A stretch of 64,000 nucleotides of DNA from positions 1-64,000 of the forward strand of contig CAWKAR010000038.1 in NCBI GenBank assembly GCA_963847625.1, in the 5' to 3' direction. How positions within the stretch are numbered: the first letter of the stretch is position 1; each line of letters opens with the position of its first letter. The position numbers and the translations under genes were made by a program. The stretch is from a candidate division FCPU426 bacterium (GTDB lineage Bacteria; Oederibacteriota; Muellerivitia; Muellerivitales; Muellerivitaceae). The notes beneath the pieces were generated by a model, which worked only from the letters and a program-made list of their open reading frames with translations, was not told where the DNA came from and made no database searches. Shown piece after piece: positions 9,968 through 19,575 of this stretch.

Positions 9968-12900
9968 ATGAAACCATACCTTCTTATGAAAAGGGCGGCC
10001 GCTATCAGCGCCGCCTTTTTTATTGCTTCTACCTTGATGGGCGCTCCAGGCGGATCTTTTGTCTGGGAGGATTTCGAACTTGGCACCTGCTACTGGGGCA
10101 CCCAATTCGACGGGAGCCTCATGACCGATGGGATGATTTCCCCAGATTTCCCATCCCATGGCAAGAATGGTTTCCGGGGGCATTTTGTGATTCCCAAAGG
10201 CGGGGGTCGTACTGCTTTCTCCACCGCCCAAGCGGGCGATCTGAACGGAGCAAAAGATTTGTACATTGACCTCTACAACGCTTCACCCGTGACTTTTACC
10301 GCGCAGGTCATCGTCAAACAGGGCGTCCAATGGACCTGGTATAAAACCGATCAATTGACCATCAAGCCCGGGTGGAACAAGGACATGGATTTTAATATGG
10401 CCGGTTTGAAGGATGACTCGGGAAAACCCATGTCTGCCCCCCTGAACGAATTACACCTTGTGGCCCTTGTTTTCGAAACGAAAGACGCAGGCGAAGGGTT
10501 TTTATATATGGATTATGTCCGCCTTTCAGGGGCCAATCCCCAGAAGGTGGTGATGGTCCGGGCGGAGGAAATGGCCACCGGAAGCGCGGTGACCGTAACT
10601 GGATTTGAGGATGGAAGCAGTCCCCTTACCCCCGATTCCGGTTATTCAACTGCCATCGCGGCGGAAGCGGTGACGGTGGAGGGTGCGCCGGAAGGAACCC
10701 ATGTAGGCCTTCTTTCCTATGACAACAAACAACCGGACGACCACGCCGGCTACAACCTGCAAGCGGACATGGATTTATCCAAGGTCACAGGGGTGGTTTT
10801 TGACGCCTTTAACCCCCTCAAGGAACCGGTGGACACGGGAATTTACGTCAATACCGGCGCCAGCTGGACCTATTTCGAGTCTTCGACCCAATCCTTGAAA
10901 CCCGGCTGGAACCATAATGTCACATTCGCCTTGAAGGCTAAAACCTTCAAGAGCGAGGAATCCAAATGGACCAACACTGTCGGCGTCAAAGGAATTACTG
11001 TCACTCGGAAGATAGGACTTACTTTCTTTCCCCACCAGATCACCCGTTCTTATTTCATGGTGGATAACCTTCGTTTCCTCACTAACGACCCCCGTCCTGT
11101 CCAAAACATGGTTAACGATTTATTCCCAGCCACCCCCGCCATTACGGGAACCGACCACCTTTTTGAGGGCTTTGAGAAAGAGAAAACCGCTTGGGGGACC
11201 ATCACCGCCGGCAATTCCAAGGCCACCGGAGCCACCATCGTGGTGGATAACCGTTCCACCGAGGGCACTCACATGCTGGAGACTCATTTCGAATTTGACG
11301 CCAAGGACCAGCAAGCCTGGTTCGGTGTTGACCAGAGTATGAACCTAAAAGACTCCTCCGCTGTAAAAGTGGATATCTTCAACCCGGGAACGGAATCTCT
11401 CCAAGCCGCCATGGTCATGAAACTGGGCGATACCTACGATTGGAACGAGTCGAAAACCACGACCATCAAGCCAGGGTGGAACAAGGACGTCACTTTTCTC
11501 TTGAAGGCCAAAACTTTCAAGAACGCGGTCACGAACTGGCAAAACCACGCCTACGCCGAACCCCTGAACCAGGTGAAATGCCTCTATATCGGTTTTATCT
11601 CCAGCGGCCCAATGAAGGGTTCAGCCTACTTTGATAACATCCGCGTGACGGGCGCTTCCGCCGTGGCCGTCGGCGCGCCGGCCCCCAAGCACGAACTCAA
11701 GGGCCGGGTGGTCATGTGGGATCCCGTGCAAGTATTCGCGGCTGACGGATGGCAGGCCTCCACCAGCCCCGGAAGCAACTCCTTCGCCGTGGCCTCGGAA
11801 TATAAAAGGTTCGAGGGCGAGGACTCGGTGGTGATGAAATACAGGACCATCAGCGATTCCCAATCAGGCCAATTCGTTAAGACCCAACAAACCGATTGGA
11901 GCAACGTTCTGGGACTCCAATTCGATTTTTACAATCCCCAACCCTACTCTCTGACATTTACCATGGCCGTCCAAACAGGCCCCAACTGGGAATGGCAGGA
12001 AACCACTGAGATGACCCTGAAACCTGGTTGGAACCGGAAGGTCCAGGTGGACATCACCCAACCCATCTTCAAGTCTCTCGACACCAACTGGAGCGCGACT
12101 GACTTTTTGCGCACCCGGGATGACATCCGTACGGTCATCCTCAACGTTTTTCCCCACCATGCCGGAAGTGGTTCGCTCATCATGGCCAACTTGAGGACCA
12201 TCGAGCGGGACCTAATAGGTCCTGTTTCCTCCAACGACGTAGGGCAAGCCGTGGGTGTCATCTCGGATACCCAATTGACGTTCCGGACCTTGAAATACAC
12301 CTATTTCGAGAGTTTTGAGGGGGACATTTCTCAGTGGCAGCCTGTGGCAAACACGCTTATAACCAAATCCAGCGCTTACTCGACGGACGGGAACCATTCC
12401 CTGCGAATCGATTATCAGGGAGCTTTCGTTCCTAATGGAACGACTCCCGAGTTTTTTTACACGCCCCTTAAGGGAAAAAGCGTGTCCGTGGAGGGAACGA
12501 TTGATATGTCGTCCTTCAGTCATGTCCAATTCGACATTTACAATCCGGGTCCGCCGGTTCAAATGGACATGGCTTTCCGCACGGGCCCGGTTTCTTATGT
12601 GGGGTCGGGGGACAGCAACTCGAATGGGGAATGGATCGAATCCAGCTCTGTGACGGTCAATTCGGGATGGAATCGGAACCTGGACATTTCTCTCCTGGGA
12701 AACAATTTCAAGTCCGGCGCGACAGCATGGAAAATGTGGGATACTTTCCGCAATTCCAACCAGGTCCATGAAATTCACTTCAAAATCAGCAATACCTATG
12801 GCCGGGGGACTTTTTACCTCGACAACATCCGCTTCATTGGCGCGGGCATCCAACAGGCGGATGGCGTAACCGGCGAGGAAGTATCCTTCAAGCTCAATCC

Positions 12901-14218
12901 AAGCGACTCGGTTCAACTGGTGGCCGCCGGAAGCGCCATCGGTAATAGTGCCAGTCCAGCCCAGTTTAATCTAGATAAAGTACGTTTGGATATCCGGGGT
13001 GCGGGAGACCAGCTTTCCTTTTTTACCGGCGATCAAGTAATAGGCACCGATGATCCCATGACCATGGTATACGGGCCCCAAATCGGCAATCAAATTTTTG
13101 GTGTGGATGAGCGCTATAACCTCAAGGACATCGCCATGGTCCAGGCCTCCGGTTTTGCACAATATGGAGCCACTCCCAACAGCTTAGGAAATACCGCCGG
13201 ATACCTGGTTCGTGCGAAATCCACGGCTCTTTACGACTGCTATATTGGCGCGAGCTTGGTTGACGCCCGGTTTGGCAACACCATGGGTTCCAACCCCCTT
13301 ACTGCCAATGTTGAATCGGACGTAAAAACCTACGAGGCTGACGTGCAGGGGTACTTACGGGATATCCGTGTGGGCTTTCATGGGGAAGTGGCCCAAAGCG
13401 CATACGATGGTTATCCCGGCAGTCCATACCACCTCCAGAGTAATGGAAACAATAACGCCTATTACGCTGAACTGGATTATCAAATAGGAGCCTTCAAGAT
13501 CCAGGGAACCCGCCTGGAACACCAATTGTATTTCTTCAACCCCTTTTCTTCCGCAGCTTACCAGGGCTCGGACCAAAACAGCGCCCAATTCTACTGGCAA
13601 ATGGACACATTCTCCGTGGTTAAGGATATGCAGACCTGGGGCCGGTTCTGGAACGATTTCCTCACTGGGCTCAATTTTCTCGTGCAATATTATGATTATT
13701 CCTCGAAGAGTAACACCTACGCCAACCACGACATCAGGGCTATCCTCCAAAACAATACCTACCGGCCTCCCCTCTATATGAACTTCTGGTGGCACTGGTA
13801 CCAGGAAGGCCATAATATTGGCGACCCCAATGTGCCTAATCCTGCCATGGATGATAGTACCCTTATCACGACTTCCAATTACGAGCTCCACTACCAATTC
13901 AATCCCAAACTCGTCCTGACCGGCTTGTTTCGGGATTCCTTCACCGACTATTGGGAAGCCTTTACTTACGCGACCAACATGAAGTGGAAATTTTGGGGAA
14001 ATACTTGGCTTACGGGGGACTATAAACACATCGACCAGACGGGAAGCCGGTTCGGACAATTCAACAACTTCTCGGTTGGATTTACTAAGTATTTCCTGAA
14101 CAACGCCATCCAGGCCAACCTGACTTATGGGTCACCCAGCTTCATCGGGTATTGGGAGGATGACAACAACCTCCAAACTGTCGACGAGTGGATGGCTTCC
14201 CTAACCGGAAAATTCTGA
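9968..14218 (+). CDS. Secreted protein with five tandem CBM-like repeats and a predicted C-terminal outer-membrane beta-barrel
   Basis: Signal peptide. Five (K/N)(P/S)GWN-centred repeats of ~180-210 aa. Last ~450 aa show aromatic-rich alternating strands and a terminal Phe (LTGKF). Confidence 0.7.
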   Translation: MKPYLLMKRAAAISAAFFIASTLMGAPGGSFVWEDFELGTCYWGTQFDGSLMTDGMISPDFPSHGKNGFRGHFVIPKGGGRTAFSTAQAGDLNGAKDLYIDLYNASPVTFTAQVIVKQGVQWTWYKTDQLTIKPGWNKDMDFNMAGLKDDSGKPMSAPLNELHLVALVFETKDAGEGFLYMDYVRLSGANPQKVVMVRAEEMATGSAVTVTGFEDGSSPLTPDSGYSTAIAAEAVTVEGAPEGTHVGLLSYDNKQPDDHAGYNLQADMDLSKVTGVVFDAFNPLKEPVDTGIYVNTGASWTYFESSTQSLKPGWNHNVTFALKAKTFKSEESKWTNTVGVKGITVTRKIGLTFFPHQITRSYFMVDNLRFLTNDPRPVQNMVNDLFPATPAITGTDHLFEGFEKEKTAWGTITAGNSKATGATIVVDNRSTEGTHMLETHFEFDAKDQQAWFGVDQSMNLKDSSAVKVDIFNPGTESLQAAMVMKLGDTYDWNESKTTTIKPGWNKDVTFLLKAKTFKNAVTNWQNHAYAEPLNQVKCLYIGFISSGPMKGSAYFDNIRVTGASAVAVGAPAPKHELKGRVVMWDPVQVFAADGWQASTSPGSNSFAVASEYKRFEGEDSVVMKYRTISDSQSGQFVKTQQTDWSNVLGLQFDFYNPQPYSLTFTMAVQTGPNWEWQETTEMTLKPGWNRKVQVDITQPIFKSLDTNWSATDFLRTRDDIRTVILNVFPHHAGSGSLIMANLRTIERDLIGPVSSNDVGQAVGVISDTQLTFRTLKYTYFESFEGDISQWQPVANTLITKSSAYSTDGNHSLRIDYQGAFVPNGTTPEFFYTPLKGKSVSVEGTIDMSSFSHVQFDIYNPGPPVQMDMAFRTGPVSYVGSGDSNSNGEWIESSSVTVNSGWNRNLDISLLGNNFKSGATAWKMWDTFRNSNQVHEIHFKISNTYGRGTFYLDNIRFIGAGIQQADGVTGEEVSFKLNPSDSVQLVAAGSAIGNSASPAQFNLDKVRLDIRGAGDQLSFFTGDQVIGTDDPMTMVYGPQIGNQIFGVDERYNLKDIAMVQASGFAQYGATPNSLGNTAGYLVRAKSTALYDCYIGASLVDARFGNTMGSNPLTANVESDVKTYEADVQGYLRDIRVGFHGEVAQSAYDGYPGSPYHLQSNGNNNAYYAELDYQIGAFKIQGTRLEHQLYFFNPFSSAAYQGSDQNSAQFYWQMDTFSVVKDMQTWGRFWNDFLTGLNFLVQYYDYSSKSNTYANHDIRAILQNNTYRPPLYMNFWWHWYQEGHNIGDPNVPNPAMDDSTLITTSNYELHYQFNPKLVLTGLFRDSFTDYWEAFTYATNMKWKFWGNTWLTGDYKHIDQTGSRFGQFNNFSVGFTKYFLNNAIQANLTYGSPSFIGYWEDDNNLQTVDEWMASLTGKF

Positions 14219-14231
14219 GGAGTTTTCGTAT

Positions 14232-16610
14232 ATGCACCGACGAACCAGAAAAATCTCTTTCCAGAGTCTCCTGACTCCCATTACTGGAATCCTAGGAGTT
14301 TTTTTGCTGGCGGCCCACTTCGGTGTTTGGGCCGCGCATGTTAAAAAAGCTCCGGTTTCAGAATTAGAAGTACAAGGTCTTTTATTCCGGGAAGGCGGGC
14401 AACCTTTTTTCCTGGACGGCGTGGAAGCCCCGGGCCTTTATCGGTTGACCCAAGACCAACTGGCGGCATTTTTTCAAAAGGTCAAAACGGCAGGTGGTAA
14501 GGTTGTGAAGACCAACGCATTTTCCACTGGCCAGACCCAGGATGCCCTTCAGACCGGCGCGGACCAATGGGACGAGAAATCCTTAGCCAAACTTGATCAG
14601 ATGACCACCGAAGCGAAAAAGGCGGGAGTGAAGCTCGTGCTCAGCCTTTGTTCGGCTAACGGAAACGAGGGAGGAACCGACGCCTATGCTTCCTGGGTTG
14701 GAAGCCCCAATCCGGGGGTTTTCTATATCAATTACCAATGCAAGGATTGGTACCGTCATTATGTGAAGATGTTATTGAGTCGAGTCAATACGATCACGGG
14801 GACAAGCTACAAGTCAGATCCCACTATTCTGGCCTGGGACCTGATGGATTCTCCCAGCAATCCGAATGGCGAACCGGAAGCCATTAACCAGTGGGTGGCC
14901 GAAATGGCTTCTTACTTGAAGACCCTTTCCCCCCAAGCCCTTGTATGTTTGACCTTAGACCCCAATGCTCTCGGCCTAAATATGAATACAGCGGCAGGCC
15001 AAGCCGGCGTGGAGTTTGTTTTTGAACGCATTTTTCCAAACGCTTCTTCGCCTCAGAAATGGGCATTGAGGCTTGGAAAACCCGTTGTAGCTCTATTAGA
15101 GAAACCCCAAGCCCAATCTCAGGAGTTGGGAGCTGGGGTATTGGTTGCCCAGGGAATTTCCGGGCTAGATCAATGGAAAGGAATTACCTCATTGTTCACT
15201 AATCTCACCCAAGAAGGTGGATTCGGCGCCAAGGACCTTTTTGAATCCGTATCCGCGGTTCCAGAAAGCGCTCCAGCTTTATGTTGGGAAGCCAAGGGTA
15301 ATATTAAGGTTGTTCTTACCGAGCCGGCAAAAGTGGTTGTCCGTTACGGAACAGGAGGAGTGTTGGACCATGAAACAACACCTTCCCTTGAGGCGGCCGT
15401 CCTTCAACATATCTCCCTGGAAAATTTATTAACTGGAAAGGAATATTCGTTTCAAGTGAAGGCCATACGAGATAAAGACACCCAGTACTCCAACATCTCG
15501 ACCTTTTCCACGCCAAAGGTTAAAGCATTGACCGTCTCCGCCTCCAAAATGTCCAAGAATTTCATCATGGTGGAAGGGGATCATTTTTACGTCGGGAAAA
15601 AGATATTCCGGTTTGTAGGAACCAACAACTATCAACTACATATCGCGGAGCCTGACAAGCTGGAATATGTGATGAATTGGGCTGAAAAGCTAGGTTTTCA
15701 GGTCATGCGCACTTGGGCGTTCGGGGAATCCAAAAAACCTGAAAAAGACTGGGCCGATTGGGAAAAACGGCGTTATTTCGTCACTGCCCCTGGCCAATTC
15801 AGGGAAGAAGCGTTCAAGGATTTGGATTCCGTGGTTGTTTCGGCGGCAAAACATAATATCCGGCTTGTACTTGCCCTGGCAAACAATTGGGGGGATTACG
15901 GGGGCGCTCCTGAGTGGGTTAAATTCTTCGGATCTACTGAAAAAAATGACTTTTTTGACAAGAAAGAAATAAAGGAAGCCTTCAAGGCATATATAAAAGC
16001 CATGGTCACCCACGTCAACACCCTGACCGGGGTAGCCTACAAGGACGACCCCACCATCATGGCCTGGGACCTCATGAATGAACCCCGCTACGAAAGGGAC
16101 ACCACCGGCAAGACATTAGTCGCTTGGATCGATGAAATGTCATCCTACTTAAAAAGTCTTGGGATCAAGCAATTGGTCACTACCGGTTCAGAGGGTTTTA
16201 AAGCGGAAAATGGAACCCATTATTCTGGAGTCAACTTTATCCTGGACCATCAACCCAAATCCATCGACTATGCTGTCTTCCACGTTTATCCGACAGGAGA
16301 TTATTCCATGTGGAACTTGGAGACCACCGAAGCAGTCCTCACCTCCTATGTGAAGGACGCGCATGAAGTTTTGAAGAAGCCGGTGGTTTTAGAGGAATTT
16401 GGAATTGACAAGGGCAAGCCCGGCTATGACCGTCCGTCTTTTATCTATAACATGATGAAAATATTCTACGACGCGGGTGGGGATGGCACTCAATATTGGA
16501 TGCTGGCGGAACCTACTTACAACGGGGACGGGAACCAGATTGATCCAACCATGACGGACATCTGCAACACCTTTGTCATCGAATCCAACGAATTGCGGGG
16601 AGGAAAATAA
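14232..16610 (+). CDS. GH5 (GH5_7-like) endo-beta-mannanase: degenerate GH5 domain + Fn3-like domain + intact GH5 domain
   Basis: C-terminal domain FVGTNNY, RTWAF, NNWGDYGG, AWDLMNEP, FHVYP, VLEEFG. N-terminal copy has WDLMDSP. Confidence 0.85.
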   Translation: MHRRTRKISFQSLLTPITGILGVFLLAAHFGVWAAHVKKAPVSELEVQGLLFREGGQPFFLDGVEAPGLYRLTQDQLAAFFQKVKTAGGKVVKTNAFSTGQTQDALQTGADQWDEKSLAKLDQMTTEAKKAGVKLVLSLCSANGNEGGTDAYASWVGSPNPGVFYINYQCKDWYRHYVKMLLSRVNTITGTSYKSDPTILAWDLMDSPSNPNGEPEAINQWVAEMASYLKTLSPQALVCLTLDPNALGLNMNTAAGQAGVEFVFERIFPNASSPQKWALRLGKPVVALLEKPQAQSQELGAGVLVAQGISGLDQWKGITSLFTNLTQEGGFGAKDLFESVSAVPESAPALCWEAKGNIKVVLTEPAKVVVRYGTGGVLDHETTPSLEAAVLQHISLENLLTGKEYSFQVKAIRDKDTQYSNISTFSTPKVKALTVSASKMSKNFIMVEGDHFYVGKKIFRFVGTNNYQLHIAEPDKLEYVMNWAEKLGFQVMRTWAFGESKKPEKDWADWEKRRYFVTAPGQFREEAFKDLDSVVVSAAKHNIRLVLALANNWGDYGGAPEWVKFFGSTEKNDFFDKKEIKEAFKAYIKAMVTHVNTLTGVAYKDDPTIMAWDLMNEPRYERDTTGKTLVAWIDEMSSYLKSLGIKQLVTTGSEGFKAENGTHYSGVNFILDHQPKSIDYAVFHVYPTGDYSMWNLETTEAVLTSYVKDAHEVLKKPVVLEEFGIDKGKPGYDRPSFIYNMMKIFYDAGGDGTQYWMLAEPTYNGDGNQIDPTMTDICNTFVIESNELRGGK

Positions 16611-16611
16611 G

Positions 16612-17322
16612 ATGAGAAAAATTTTATTCTGGCTGGCAATTGTTCCTGGAATGTATGCATTCATTTTATCTTTGTCCGGATGCGGCAAGGTGAGTGGGCC
16701 CATTAGTCCATTAGTTAATCCGACGACTATTTTGTTCAATTTTGATAATGGAACCGCGGATGGCTGGCAATATGATAGCTGTAATCCGTCAACTTTTAAT
16801 GGACTGCCCGTAACTGCTACTTTCGCGGGGCTGCCCGTAACCGTTGTGCCTACTCCAAGTGCGACTAATCAAATTGCCTTCCAAGGAACGGGGGCTCTTT
16901 ATTTGCCTATTCCGGAATTCGGACAAGTCCAAGTGGTCAAAAGCGGTCCGATCACGGAAACAGATTACGTATCTCTAACCTCTTATTCGGTTCATTATCA
17001 ATTTGCATCCGCTGTCGATATGACCAATAAAATCTTTTCCATGTGGGTGTACTGGAAATCAGGTGTAGTTACGCCTCCTAACCAGATCGGGGCACAAATA
17101 TTTATTAAGGATTCTTCTTGGCAATATGCGAACGGCACCTTTTTCAATCTTACGCAAAATCAATGGACCCAAGTGACCTATAATGTCAAAGCTCCTAATT
17201 ATCAAGCCAATCCGCCGCCAGACTTAACCAAAATTATGCAAGTGGGACTTCAGATAGCCGGTTCTGGAAGTGCGGTATTCACCTCTGATGGCGAGGTGGA
17301 TGCTGACAGCTTTGGTTATTGA
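16612..17322 (+). CDS. CBM-like lipoprotein
   Basis: Lipobox LSGC. FNFDNGTADGW, AQIFIKDSSWQY, DLTKIMQVGLQI. Resembles the 9067 C-terminal domain. Confidence 0.65.
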   Translation: MRKILFWLAIVPGMYAFILSLSGCGKVSGPISPLVNPTTILFNFDNGTADGWQYDSCNPSTFNGLPVTATFAGLPVTVVPTPSATNQIAFQGTGALYLPIPEFGQVQVVKSGPITETDYVSLTSYSVHYQFASAVDMTNKIFSMWVYWKSGVVTPPNQIGAQIFIKDSSWQYANGTFFNLTQNQWTQVTYNVKAPNYQANPPPDLTKIMQVGLQIAGSGSAVFTSDGEVDADSFGY

Positions 17323-17412
17323 GATTTAAATATATTTTTTCGGTAGAAGTATTTTCCTTATTTTCTCCAATAGCTACCTTCAACGGTTTTCAAATTATTC
17401 CGGAGAATTTCC

Positions 17413-19386
17413 ATGCGAAAAACCACCTTGTTTATTTTTATCTTATTACAGGCTTTCGCCATGACTGCCCTAGCAATGCCTAAACTCCAATTACCTTCCC
17501 TCATCAGTGATCACATGGTCCTGCAACAGGGTATGCCGGCTCCCATTTGGGGCAAGGACAAACCGGGCCAGACCATTATCGTTTCCATCGCAGACCAGAC
17601 AGCATCCAGCAAAGCCGGAAACGACGGCAAGTGGAAAGCGGTATTACCGGTTCTTACCGCCGGCGGGCCTTATGAATTGGTAGTTTCAGGCTCTGAATCC
17701 GTCACGGTTAAGGATGTCTTGGTGGGGGAAGTGTGGGTGGCTTCAGGCCAATCCAATATGGAATTGCCCTTGAATAACACTCTGAACGCCAAAAAAGATG
17801 TACCTGCGGCTCATCAGAGCCAAATCCGATGGTTTGTGCAGGAACGTGCCTTGTCAGAAAAACCTCTCGAAGAGCCCAAGGGAACTTGGAAGGTTTGCAC
17901 GCCAGAGACCGCGAAAGATTTCTCGGCGGCGGCTTATTATTTCGCCAAGAAAATCCACCAAGCGCTCAATGTGCCCGTGGGCATCCTCGGAACCTACTGG
18001 GGAGGTACTTGGATCGAATCCTGGATACCCCGGGAGACTTTCAAGACCAATAAGAGTATCCAAGCCATTCTCGACCGATGGGATTCTCTTTCCTCTTCGG
18101 TAAAAAAAGAACGGGGCGGCTTGCAGGACATGGAATTGGAAATTTGTAATTTGCGTTTCATTCCGAAGGATGACGCCCAGGAACCCTTGACCGTCCTTTT
18201 GGAGAAGGATGCTTCAAAGGCATCGGGGAAAACCTTGGGAGGAACCTGGACCTCCAACGCGCAACCGGGATCTACCATTACATTCATATCAAAATCGAGT
18301 GGTGGACCGAAGCCGGGACCCGTGGGAATGCTTCGGGCCTCTGTCCAGGCAGGGGGTTGGGCTAATTCCAATACTGAATTTGCTTCCGGCAACCGCCTGG
18401 TAGACTTAAGCGCCTATAGCGGGTTCGAATTCATGGCCAAAGGGAAGGGTTCCTTCACGGTTCTTCTTTCCCAGCCCATCGTCACCGATTGGGACAATTA
18501 CGGCACTGAACCCTTCGAGGCGACCCAGTCCTGGAAAACATACAAATATTCATTCTCGCAAATGAAACAAAGCGGCTGGGGTTTGCCCAAACCCTTCCGA
18601 TCCTCGGCCCTCCAGGCTGTTTTTCTTAACGTAGCGGTGCATCCCATGTCCGCCGTGCCCACGGGCCTGTTTAATGGCATGGTCAATCCCTTGATTCCCT
18701 ACGGAATCAAGGGCGCTCTCTGGTATCAGGGAGAGACCAATGTGGGCCAGGCGGAAGAATACCACCGGCTTCTTCCCGCCTTCATCCAGGGATGGAGAAA
18801 GGCCTGGGGGGAAGGAGATTTTACCTTCGTTTGCGCCCAATTGCCGAACTTCAAGGACCCGAACGAGAAACCCGGGAACGGTTGGCCCGAATTGAGAGAA
18901 GCCCAACTCGAAGCATTGAAGGAACCCAATACGGGTATGGCTGTACTCATTGATGTGGGAGAGGCCAACGACATCCATCCTAAGGATAAAAATGACGTGG
19001 GAAAAAGAATGGCCCTGCAGGCTTTGCACTTGGCTTATGGAAAACCGGGTAGTTATTCTGGCCCTTTGTACGATTCCATGAGAGTGGAAGGCCAGAAGAT
19101 CCGGCTGAAATTTAAAAACGCTGATGGGGGATTAAGGGCCAAAGGGAAGGGTCCGCTTAAAGGATTTGTTTTGGCTGGCGCGGATGGAAAATTTATGGAA
19201 GCCCGGGCAAAAATCGAGGATGCAACCGTCATCGTTTGGAACGCGAAAATCAAATTCCCTCAAGCCGTTCGTTACGCCTGGGCCGATGACCCGGTTTGCA
19301 ACCTTTATGGAAAAAGCGGGCTTCCTGCGTCCCCTTTTCGCACGGATAACCCTTATTTAGTCAATAAGGGAAAAGGTAAAAAGTAA
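17413..19386 (+). CDS. Sialate O-acetylesterase-family (SASA) carbohydrate esterase with inserted CBM11/CIA30-like domain
   Basis: GEVWVASGQSNM, WYQGETN, DIHPKDK, VRYAWAD. Insert contains VDLSAYSGFEFMAKGKG...FSQMKQSGWG. Confidence 0.85.
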   Translation: MRKTTLFIFILLQAFAMTALAMPKLQLPSLISDHMVLQQGMPAPIWGKDKPGQTIIVSIADQTASSKAGNDGKWKAVLPVLTAGGPYELVVSGSESVTVKDVLVGEVWVASGQSNMELPLNNTLNAKKDVPAAHQSQIRWFVQERALSEKPLEEPKGTWKVCTPETAKDFSAAAYYFAKKIHQALNVPVGILGTYWGGTWIESWIPRETFKTNKSIQAILDRWDSLSSSVKKERGGLQDMELEICNLRFIPKDDAQEPLTVLLEKDASKASGKTLGGTWTSNAQPGSTITFISKSSGGPKPGPVGMLRASVQAGGWANSNTEFASGNRLVDLSAYSGFEFMAKGKGSFTVLLSQPIVTDWDNYGTEPFEATQSWKTYKYSFSQMKQSGWGLPKPFRSSALQAVFLNVAVHPMSAVPTGLFNGMVNPLIPYGIKGALWYQGETNVGQAEEYHRLLPAFIQGWRKAWGEGDFTFVCAQLPNFKDPNEKPGNGWPELREAQLEALKEPNTGMAVLIDVGEANDIHPKDKNDVGKRMALQALHLAYGKPGSYSGPLYDSMRVEGQKIRLKFKNADGGLRAKGKGPLKGFVLAGADGKFMEARAKIEDATVIVWNAKIKFPQAVRYAWADDPVCNLYGKSGLPASPFRTDNPYLVNKGKGKK

Positions 19387-19575
19387 CTGCTTAAAACGGT
19401 ATAGGCTTTTCAAAATATCATTTAAAAGTTATTTCTGCGTAAACCAGTCCATTAAAAATAGGCGGAATTGTTGCATTAATTTACCTGCCTATGACCCGTA
19501 TCATTTTCTATTGCCATTTGTTAGTAAAAGATAGACTATAAATCCCGCCGTCAGCATTTTCTGATCGAGGATTCT

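Noticed and set aside
9968..14218. TonB-dependent receptor (SusC) or autotransporter call
   Set aside because: No TonB box or plug motif is visible, and the barrel region (~450 aa) looks too short for SusC and longer than a typical autotransporter barrel. An autotransporter-like role is not fully excluded without modelling.
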